Shown one piece after another: positions 23,001 through 30,720 of a stretch of 30,720 nucleotides of DNA. The position numbers and the translations under genes are program-made. Each line of letters begins with the position of its first letter. Position 1 is the first letter of the stretch. The stretch spans positions 1 through 30,720 of the forward strand of contig JBIOIY010000038.1 in assembly GCA_044450345.1 (NCBI GenBank), written 5' to 3'. This DNA comes from Thermodesulfovibrionales bacterium. Lineage in GTDB: Bacteria > Nitrospirota > Thermodesulfovibrionia > Thermodesulfovibrionales > UBA6898. Under the pieces are notes generated by a model. The model did no database searches. It worked only from the letters and a program-made list of their open reading frames with translations, and was not told where the DNA came from.

Positions 23001-26000
23001 TCACGCACCTCCTCTCTTTCCCGCCCTGACACTGCAGGTGAAGACCTTCCCCTCATGGATCGTGACATTCGGGTCGGCAACAAGGGCGCTAAGGTTGTTC
23101 ACCACATCACCCTGGGCCGTTCCCTGCCATCCCCAATGCCATGGCAGACCGATTTGGTGTATGGTCCTGCCGTCGACAATGAAGGGCCTCATCCGCCGCG
23201 TCACAAGCGCCCGGGCCTCAACCTCTCCGCGGGCAGTTTCGATCGTCATATACTCTCCGTGGACGATGCCTTTCTCCTGCGCGAGTTCCGGCGATATCTC
23301 GCAGAATAGTTCCGGCATCAGTTCCGCCAGCCAGGGCAGCCAGCGGCTCATTGCGCCGCTGAGGTAGTGCTCAGTCAGGCGGTAGGTTGATACGACGATA
23401 GGATACTTCGGATCTGCGACCTTATGATAAGGGTTGCCCTCCACGTTCCATACCTTCGCCAGCGGATTTGCCTGCTGACTGTAAAGGACATTTTTTACCG
23501 GGGATTCATAAGGCTCGTAGTGGGTCGGCAGGGGTCCGTCCACAAGCCCGAATGGGGCGAAGAGCCATGCCTTGCCGTCCGGCCTCATGATAAAGGGATC
23601 ATCACCTCCCAGCCAGTCGAAGCCGAGGCCGTCGTCCCTTCCTTTGGAGCCGGGGGCCTTTGTCGGTTGGAAGTCGATGCCCTCGCCTGCCGGGGATATC
23701 CACTTACCGGCGGCCTGATCCCAAAAGACGAGTTTCTTCCTTTCCGACCACGGAACGCCCTTGAGGTCCGAAGAGGCACGGTTGTACATGATGTGGCGGT
23801 TGGCGGGCCAGGCGAATCCCCAGTGCGGAGATATCCAGTTGTCCCCCTGCCGGGATGCCGCGAGGTTCTTCCCCTCCTCGGGGATGACGCCGGTATAGAT
23901 CCATGCACCGCAGACGGTGGAGCCGTCCTCCTTGAGGTTCGCAAATGACGGGACCGGTTTCTTGTCGCTCCACGTATATCCGTTTATCTCCTTCAGCACT
24001 TTATAGGCCGACGGCTCGTCCTTGATCCTCCAGTTCGCAATCTCCGCGGCGGACGGTTCATAGTCCCAGGTGAGGTTCTTTATCGCCCAGTCCCGGCCAT
24101 ATGAGGAATCCTTGTAAAGCGCCTTCAGACGCTTGCCGAGATGATAGGTGAACCAGAGGTTGCTGCGGCAGTCATCCGGCGGGTCGGCCGCCTTTTCATG
24201 ATATTGGAGCAGCCGCTGCGTATTAGTGAATGACCCCTCCATCTCAGGTACGATCGCCGAGGGAAGGAATATGATCTCTGTCTTGATATCCGCCGTCTTC
24301 AGCTCTCCTGAATTGATCTCCGGCGAATTCCGCCAGAAGGCAGCGGTCTCGGTCTCATAGAAATCACGTACGACCATCCAGTCGAGCTTTGCCAGTGCCT
24401 TGCGCTGAAAACGCGCGTTCTGGCCGCCGACGGCCGGGTTCTGACCCACGCAAAGGAAGCCCCTGATCTTGCCGTCCATCATGTCCACAAACATCGGCAG
24501 ATGCGAATGGTCGCCGGTGATCTTAGGATGGTGGTCGTAGCCGTAGTCGTTTTCCTTCGTGGCCGCATCGCCGAACTGGGCCTTGAAATAAGAAACGGCG
24601 AACTTCGGGTAGTTCCCCCAATAGCTTGTCGATACCGGGACAGCCTCGGTCAGGATGAAGTCCTTCAGAGTGTCATGGTTCAGACGGGCGTCCGGCATGT
24701 TCAGATAGCCGGGCAAGGAGTGATAGAGCGTAGCGATGTCGGTGGAACCCTGGATCGTCGAGTGGCCGCGCAGCGCAAGCACACCCCCACCCGGTCTGCC
24801 TATGTTGCCCAGCAGGGCCTGGAGCATCCCGGCGGTGCGGATGATCTGCACGCCTACGGTGTGCTGGGTCCAGCCGACCGCATAAGTAATGTTCGATGTC
24901 TTATCACGGCCGGAATTGCTCAACAGCGTCTCCGCCACCTCGAGAAAGACCTCTTTGGAACAGCCGCAGATGCGTTCGACCATCTCCGGGGTATAGCGAC
25001 TATAATGCTTTCTTACGATCTGGAAGACGGTGTGAGGGTCCTGCAGCGTGGGATCGGTCTTCGGCCTGCCGGGGATCCTCTGGAGAAGAAGGTCCGTAAA
25101 GGTCTTCGCCTCGCTTACGGAAGGCTTCGGCGCCGGGTGGCGCTGGTAGGACCAGCTCTCCTTCGAGTATGTCTTCTTATCCGTCGAAAGGCCCGAGAAT
25201 ACGCCGTCGAGGTCATCGGCGTCCTTGAAATCAGGACTGACCAATGTCGCGGCGTTGGTATAGTTTACGACATATTCTTTAAAGAACGGGTCGGTCTTCC
25301 ATCGTTCGCTGTTGATGACGTGGGTGATCAGCCCGCCTAGGAAGGCTATGTCGGTGCCCGCCCTGATCTGCGCATGGATGTCGCAATGGGCGGACGTCCG
25401 CGTAAAGCGCGGGTCCACATGCATGAGGACCGCACCGTGATCGGTCTTGGCCTTCAACGGCCAGCGAAATGCAACAGGATGGCACTCCGCCATATTCGAG
25501 CCCATGATCATTACCGCGTCTGAGTTGACGAGATCACGCGGAAATGTAGTCGAACCTCCACGACCGAAGCTTACCCCCAGACCGGGGACAGTGGAGGAGT
25601 GTCATATACGGGCCTGGTTTTCGACATAGACCACACCCATTGCGTGCATCAGTTTTTGCTGGGCGTAGTTCCATTCGTTGTCTATGGTAGCGCCACCCAA
25701 CGACGCCACAGAATAGGTGTTCATGACACGCCTTTTCAACTTGCCGCCCTTTCCGTCCGGCATATCCTGAAATTCGTTGAAGTTGGCGTCCCTTGTCTGC
25801 TTCACCAGCTCGGCGGCGCGGTTCATGGCCCATTCGAGAGACCTCTCCTCCCAGTGATCGCTCCCGGGCGCCCGGTACTTCACCTTTGTCCACCGCAGGT
25901 CGTTTACGACAAGCTGGTACGTGGCGGCGCCTTTTGGGCAGAGGGTGCCCTCGTTGAGCGGAGAATCCGGGTTGCCCTGGATATCGATTATCTTCCCTGA

Positions 26001-26204
26001 GTCGTCGGTCATAACGATCTGCGCGCATCCTACCGAGCAGTACGGACAAAGGCTGGGGGTCTGCTTTCCTGTCTTCATTGAGACGGTCCCTGCCTTCTCC
26101 TGGGCAGCTGCCGTGTCAAGCCCGAGACCAAGGACCTCGGCGGCAACAGCAGTGCCTATAGTGCCCGCAGAGATCTTGATGAATTCCCTCCGGTCGACTT
26201 CCAT
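23001..26204 (-). CDS. fdnG: Formate dehydrogenase alpha subunit, selenocysteine-containing (1067 aa)
   Basis: Tat signal 'DRREFIK' and 'CPYCSVGC...CPKG'. The two listed ORFs are one frame joined by TGA 25602-25604 in 'ENQARI-U-HSSTVPGLG'. Confidence 0.96.
25570..25601 (-). promoter_or_regulatory. Bacterial SECIS element
   Basis: Minus strand after UGA: CACTCCTCCACTGT-CCCC-GGTCT-GGGG; a hairpin with the GGUCU apex like E. coli fdhF SECIS. Confidence 0.85.
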
Positions 26205-26242
26205 AGCCTCTTACCTCCTATTGAAAAAGTGCTTATACTCCC

Positions 26243-26270
26243 AGCATATCCTGAAAAAGGTATTTGTCAA
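26243..26270 (-). promoter_or_regulatory. Putative sigma70 promoter of fdn operon
   Basis: TTGACA-16-TATGCT; AGGAGGT RBS before ATG 26204. Confidence 0.55.
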
Positions 26271-26332
26271 GAACGCAGCAGGGCACGGGTCTTCAGCAGT
26301 CGGATACAGAGGAAAGGAGAACTAACAGGCCA

Positions 26333-26797
26333 TCATCTCCGCTCATGAAAAAACCTCTTCAGAAGCGAAGCGCACTCATCACCAAGGACCCCGGACAAGA
26401 CTTCTACCTGATGGTTCAATCTGACATCGTCCAAAATCTTATAGAGGCTGTCGACCCCTCCGGCCTTGGGGTCCCTGCAGCCGTATACGAGCCTCGCTAT
26501 CCGTGCATTTACGATGGCGCCGGCGCACATTATGCAGGGCTCCTTCGTAACATACAGAGTCGAGTCCGATAACCTCCAGCTGTCGGAAATCCGCGTACCT
26601 CCCCTGAGAGCAAGAATTTCCGCATGAGCCGACGGGTCCTTCAGACATTCTCTGAGATTATACGCGCTCGCGGCCACTTTCCCCTCTTTGACGAGCACCG
26701 CACCCACAGGGACCTCACCCTTTTCAAAGGCGGCTTCCGCCTCCCTCAGGGCCAACTTCATAAAATACACATCTTCTTCGACACGCTCATTTCCCAT
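26333..26797 (-). CDS. tadA: tRNA adenosine(34) deaminase
   Basis: 'EVPVGAV', 'HAE', 'EPCIMCAGA' and 'LLKRFF'. Confidence 0.96.
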   Translation of the reverse strand: MGNERVEEDVYFMKLALREAEAAFEKGEVPVGAVLVKEGKVAASAYNLRECLKDPSAHAEILALRGGTRISDSWRLSDSTLYVTKEPCIMCAGAIVNARIARLVYGCRDPKAGGVDSLYKILDDVRLNHQVEVLSGVLGDECASLLKRFFHERR

Positions 26798-26922
26798 CAG
26801 CAGCGAATTATACCATTTTTACGCGGCCGCCATAGATGAGTGCAACGGGTATAATTACCACTTGATACCAGCGCCGAAATGAAGGAGAATGAAACCATGC
26901 CATTTTGCAGCGGATACTGCAT

Positions 26923-27303
26923 ATGAACCTCAAATACCTGTTTTTCGGTCAATACCTTCTCAAAAAGGGGCTGATAACCTTCGAACAGATATTCCAGGCC
27001 AGGATGGTGCAGAAGAAGACCAACCTGAAGATAGGAGAACTTGCGATAATAAAAGGCTGGCTCACTGCAAAGGACATCGAAAAGGTCCTCGTCATCCAGG
27101 AAGAGACCTCAGAGAAATTCGGGGAGATCGCAGTCAAGAACGGTTTTCTGACCGAATCTCAGGTTGAAGAGCTGCTCGCGCACCAAAAGGAAGAACACAT
27201 ATTTTTTGGAGAGGCCCTCGTCAGACTCGGACTCATCAGCGAAGAAAAAATGATAGAAAACTTCAAGGAATTTAACAGACTGAAGATGAACGATCTTATA
27301 TAG
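26923..27303 (+). CDS. Stand-alone protein of four MshEN-like repeats
   Basis: FFGQYLLKKGLIT, KIGELAIIKGWLT, KFGEIAVKNGFLT and FFGEALVRLGLIS. Confidence 0.8.
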   Translation: MNLKYLFFGQYLLKKGLITFEQIFQARMVQKKTNLKIGELAIIKGWLTAKDIEKVLVIQEETSEKFGEIAVKNGFLTESQVEELLAHQKEEHIFFGEALVRLGLISEEKMIENFKEFNRLKMNDLI

Positions 27304-27311
27304 TCCTTCCG

Positions 27312-28292
27312 TTATTCGTGAAAGGGCTTCCCAAGAATGTCTCTTGCGGCCTGGACGACGGCGTCCACTTTCAAACTTTCCAGGCACTGAACGTCAGGAC
27401 ACCGACGACGGTCCTCTTCCGAACAGGGGGAGCAGGGATAACCTGAAGTAATAATCCGAGTAAGACTTCCAAAAGGCCCCCAAATCCTCGGGTCCGTGGG
27501 ACCGAAGACCGCGATCGTCGGCGTTCCGAGCGCTGATGCCAGGTGAGTTACGCCTGAATCATTGCCCACATGGAGGGATGATGATTTAAGCAAAGTAGCT
27601 ATATACGAAACAGACCGGCCGGCAATAATAGAGGCATCTATTTTATTCTCGGAGAAGAACCTCTCCGATATCTCATGGAGTCCACGGCGTTCAGCCGGTC
27701 CGAGTATGAAATAAAAATAAAACCTCTTGTCCTCGCCAAGCAATTTGATCAATTCCAGAAAATTGCCTGAGGGCCAGCACTTTTTCTTCCCGCCGCTGCC
27801 CGGCTGGACGGTGATGATCGTCCTTCCCCTGTGAATACCGGAGGGAAAGGGCCTCACCTCCAGACAAGGCATTGCACCTGAGACTATTCCTGATCGGTTC
27901 AGCCGTTTCACCTGTGCGGCAGACAGATGCATCACCCGTCCCTCCTCAGGCCTTGTCGGAATAAAAAAACATTTCGGGATATGCCTCCTTAGATTTTTGG
28001 CAAATACCTCATCAATATTTTTCATGAAGATGAAGGCATCGGTAAATGTTCCGAGAAATTTTGCTGCCTTCGGCGATAAAGTACCGCTGACAAAGAATTC
28101 GGCAAAAATCCCATTTTCGACGGCGGACACCTCATCGGCCAACCGGTTATCGATTAGGATGTCTGCGATGTCTGTCCTCGATATGAGATGCAGATGGCCG
28201 ACTCTGCCGCCGGCTTTGAGAGTATATAGGGCGGGAAGCGAAAGGATTAAGTCTCCGAGGGCACCCTGATGCCAGGCGAGGGTCTTTGTCAT
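27312..28292 (-). CDS. Glycosyltransferase family 9 (heptosyltransferase-like)
   Basis: 'GALGDLIL', 'QPGSGGKKKCWP' and 'GNDSGVTHLASALGTPTIAVFGPT'. Confidence 0.93.
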   Translation of the reverse strand: MTKTLAWHQGALGDLILSLPALYTLKAGGRVGHLHLISRTDIADILIDNRLADEVSAVENGIFAEFFVSGTLSPKAAKFLGTFTDAFIFMKNIDEVFAKNLRRHIPKCFFIPTRPEEGRVMHLSAAQVKRLNRSGIVSGAMPCLEVRPFPSGIHRGRTIITVQPGSGGKKKCWPSGNFLELIKLLGEDKRFYFYFILGPAERRGLHEISERFFSENKIDASIIAGRSVSYIATLLKSSSLHVGNDSGVTHLASALGTPTIAVFGPTDPRIWGPFGSLTRIITSGYPCSPCSEEDRRRCPDVQCLESLKVDAVVQAARDILGKPFHE

Positions 28293-28324
28293 AGCGAGTC
28301 GTCCCTTAGTCCTGACAAAAAAAC

Positions 28325-29311
28325 TTACTGCAGCGCCAGCATACCGTCAAGGGCCTTCTTTGCGGGAATTCTGATATGCTCCGGGACCTTGACAAGGTAA
28401 GTATTTTCCTGGAATGCCCTCAGGACACTCTGTAACGTTGTTTTCTTCATATTCGGACATATCATGTCCTTCCTGAGGGGATAAAACACCTTCTCAGGGT
28501 TTTCCTTCCTCAACCTGTGCATGAGCCCTATCTCAGTACCAACAATAAATTCCCGTGAAGAGGAAGACTTCGCGAACCTGAGCATCCCGGAGGTACTCGT
28601 GACATGGTCTGCCCTTTCCAGGACTTCTATCCTACACTCCGGATGGGCCATCAGAAGCGCACCCGGGTGTTCCGCCCTCGCCTTTTCCACGTCATTCGTC
28701 GTGACCCTCTCGTGCACATTGCAGTAACCGTCCCATGCGATCACCTTCTTCTTCGTGTTCCTTTGGGCCCAAACCGAGAGGTTCTTGTCCGGTATACAGA
28801 TGACTTCGTCCCCGGGAAGGGACTCCACTACCCTTACGACGTTTGCAGACGTGCAGCATATATCGCTTTCCGCCTTTATGTCCGCAGTAGTATTCACATA
28901 TGCTACGACGGGGACGCCGGGGTACTTCTTTTTGATGTCCCTCAGCGAAAATTCCGGAGGATATACATAAGGAGGCGGATTATTGAAACCAGGGAAGCTC
29001 TTTCTCACGGGCCGGGGGGAATCCACGTGGATCATATCCGCCATAGGGCAGAGCGCCGCCCGTTCCGGGAGGAGTACCGTCTTTTCGGGTGAGAGGATAG
29101 AGGCGCTCTCCGCCATAAAATTCACCCCGCAAAAGACAATCATGCCGCAGTCGATCGTCGCGGCCGTCTTCGAAAGCTCGAGGGAATCGCCCACAAAATC
29201 GGCTATGTCCTGCACCTCTTCCCTCTGGTAATTATGCGCGAGGATGATCGCGCGTTTCTCTTCCTTTAACTTCAGAATCTGTTCCTGAAGAGCGGACATA
29301 TCCGGAGGCAT
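28325..29311 (-). CDS. nadA: Quinolinate synthase
   Basis: 'ILAHNYQ', 'FCGVNFMAESA', 'YVNT', 'HPEC' and 'CPNMK'. Confidence 0.97.
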   Translation of the reverse strand: MPPDMSALQEQILKLKEEKRAIILAHNYQREEVQDIADFVGDSLELSKTAATIDCGMIVFCGVNFMAESASILSPEKTVLLPERAALCPMADMIHVDSPRPVRKSFPGFNNPPPYVYPPEFSLRDIKKKYPGVPVVAYVNTTADIKAESDICCTSANVVRVVESLPGDEVICIPDKNLSVWAQRNTKKKVIAWDGYCNVHERVTTNDVEKARAEHPGALLMAHPECRIEVLERADHVTSTSGMLRFAKSSSSREFIVGTEIGLMHRLRKENPEKVFYPLRKDMICPNMKKTTLQSVLRAFQENTYLVKVPEHIRIPAKKALDGMLALQ

Positions 29312-30052
29312 CTAAAACCTGACTTTACCTGTTTTCGCTAGAGATGAATTTGTGAAGAGGACAGTGCCGTCGTCGAGGACGACTTTATAGATCCGTACTT
29401 GTTCGGGGGCCGCTGTTGCCTGTTTGGCCGAGTCAGAAAAATTATAGCTGCTTTTACCCTTGAAAAGAGAAATAATCTTTTTCACGTACTGCCTTGTCTC
29501 GGAGATCGGCGGGACGTTGCCGTATTTCTCGACGGTCTTGGGTCCGGCATTATATGCGGCAAGTGCGAGGGTGAGGTCCCCGTTAAACTTTTCGAGCAGC
29601 TGTTTGAGATATTTTGTACCACCCTCGATGTTTTCTTCGGGGTTAAAGGGGTTGACAACGTTCATGTCATACGCAGTGGAAGGCATCAGCTGCATAAGGC
29701 CCATCGCACCCTTCTTCGATACCGCGCGTTGGTTCCCGTTGGACTCCGTCTTGATTACCGCATGGATCAGGTCCGGCTCGATCTCGTACTTCGCGGCAGC
29801 CTGCTGCACATAGCCGCTGTAATCCCGGCTCGTCACAGAAGAGGTCGCGCCGTCGTCGGCCTTCACCGGTTTAGCAGCGCCTGTTTGCTCCTTGATAATC
29901 CTTACTGTTTTCTTACCCATTGGAGCATCGGTATAACAGGCTACACCATTTTCATCGACGTACTTATAAACGTCTGAAGACGCCGGAGATGCATTAAAAA
30001 GTAATAAAAAAACCACTGGGGCAATTATTGCGCGCATAAAAAATCTTAACAT
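29312..30052 (-). CDS. Lytic transglycosylase (SLT domain with N-terminal DUF4124-like region)
   Basis: Signal peptide, 'VYKYVDENG', 'ESNG', 'GAMGLMQLMP' and 'AAYNAG'; start may be 30037. Confidence 0.93.
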   Translation of the reverse strand: MLRFFMRAIIAPVVFLLLFNASPASSDVYKYVDENGVACYTDAPMGKKTVRIIKEQTGAAKPVKADDGATSSVTSRDYSGYVQQAAAKYEIEPDLIHAVIKTESNGNQRAVSKKGAMGLMQLMPSTAYDMNVVNPFNPEENIEGGTKYLKQLLEKFNGDLTLALAAYNAGPKTVEKYGNVPPISETRQYVKKIISLFKGKSSYNFSDSAKQATAAPEQVRIYKVVLDDGTVLFTNSSLAKTGKVRF

Positions 30053-30098
30053 TTAAAGCCCCTAGTGTCAATATTGGCCGCAAAACATGTTAAAATCA

Positions 30099-30128
30099 TT
30101 GACAAACTAAGGCTGCATATAGTATAAA
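30099..30128 (+). promoter_or_regulatory. Promoter of tRNA-Val/tRNA-Asp
   Basis: TTGACA-18-TATAAA, 9 nt before tRNA-Val. Confidence 0.65.
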
Positions 30129-30137
30129 AGTATCTTC

Positions 30138-30213
30138 GGGCGGATAGCTCAGCTGGGAGAGCACAGCCCTTACAAGGCTGGGGTCACAGGTTCGATCCCT
30201 GTTCCGCCTACCA
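30138..30213 (+). tRNA. tRNA-Val(TAC)
   Basis: 76-nt cloverleaf, anticodon loop CT-TAC-AA, GGTTCGATCCC, CCA. Confidence 0.97.
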
Positions 30214-30294
30214 TTTCATTTTGGGTGACAAAAAATGGAATGGTGAGATAGTTCGGATCCTTTATGAATTGCAGAGTTTTTTCAGAAGTTCGCG

Positions 30295-30371
<77 letters not shown>

Positions 30372-30393
30372 TTAAAAACCTTTTAAATTATTA

Positions 30394-30562
30394 TCCGGAA
30401 ACAATTAAGTTTCGCTTAGACAACAAAGTTCTTAATTTTTGAAGTCAGAAGACTTTTTGGCAAACAACAAAGTTTCTTTAAAATCGTAGTTTCCAATTTG
30501 CGGAACTGTCCGGAAACGATTAAGTTCCTACATTTCTGCACAAAATAATTCTGACTTTTTGG
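30394..30562. repeat. AT-rich direct repeats downstream of tRNA-Asp
   Basis: TCCGGAAAC(A/G)ATTAAGTT at 30394 and 30509; ACAACAAAGTT at 30420 and 30464; GACTTTTTGG at 30451 and 30553. Confidence 0.7.
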
Positions 30563-30720
30563 TTTTCTTGCCTACCATATTACGGTTAAGCTTCAATCTG
30601 CTGTTGCAAATAAGAACATGGTAGGGGATTAACGATATTGTGCAATTGAAGATTGAAGTGTGAAGGACGATGCCGCTACGCGCCAGCTACGGATTTTCAA
30701 ACCACCATCTGTATTTATTA

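Noticed and set aside
25602..25604. Nonsense mutation making fdnG a pseudogene
   Set aside because: The TGA sits at the conserved Sec/Cys ligand position and is followed by a SECIS-like hairpin.
30394..30526. Mini-CRISPR array
   Set aside because: There are only two 18-bp copies, 97 bp apart, which are the wrong dimensions, and no cas context.
30570..30578. GCCTACCAT as a duplicated tRNA-Val 3' end (att site)
   Set aside because: At only 9 bp it could occur by chance, and it is also part of a local inverted repeat.

Overview
The window has two parts. Bases 1 to ~5790 are an AT-richer integron gene-cassette array with 8 attC sites plus a terminal half-site. No intI or attI is visible, so it is either the distal end of a chromosomal integron or a CALIN. 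The cassettes carry small membrane proteins, a GNAT acetyltransferase, an intact RelE/ParE-type TA pair, a BrnT/BrnA pair with a broken toxin and a chimeric PqiA-like ORF. One cassette gene is cleanly interrupted by a 599-bp tnpA-only IS200/IS605 element, whose right end resembles the 5' part of an IscB omega/HEARO RNA. Many attC sites and cassette genes show short deletions, suggesting a decaying array. Bases ~5800-30720 are GC-richer core chromosome of an anaerobic bacterium; the gene content suggests Nitrospirota or a deltaproteobacterium-like lineage (inference). Genes here include HD-GYP, nadC, valS, a RomR-like response regulator, an FmdB zinc ribbon, AmmeMemoRadiSam amrS, rimI-tsaB, an MFS transporter, tRNA-Ser, znuCBA with a palindromic operator, a selenocysteine formate dehydrogenase operon (fdnG-fdnH-fdhE, in-frame UGA plus SECIS), tadA, a stand-alone MshEN-repeat protein, a GT9, nadA, a lytic transglycosylase, tRNA-Val and tRNA-Asp. 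An AT-rich repeat-bearing stretch after tRNA-Asp may mark the edge of an integrated element.
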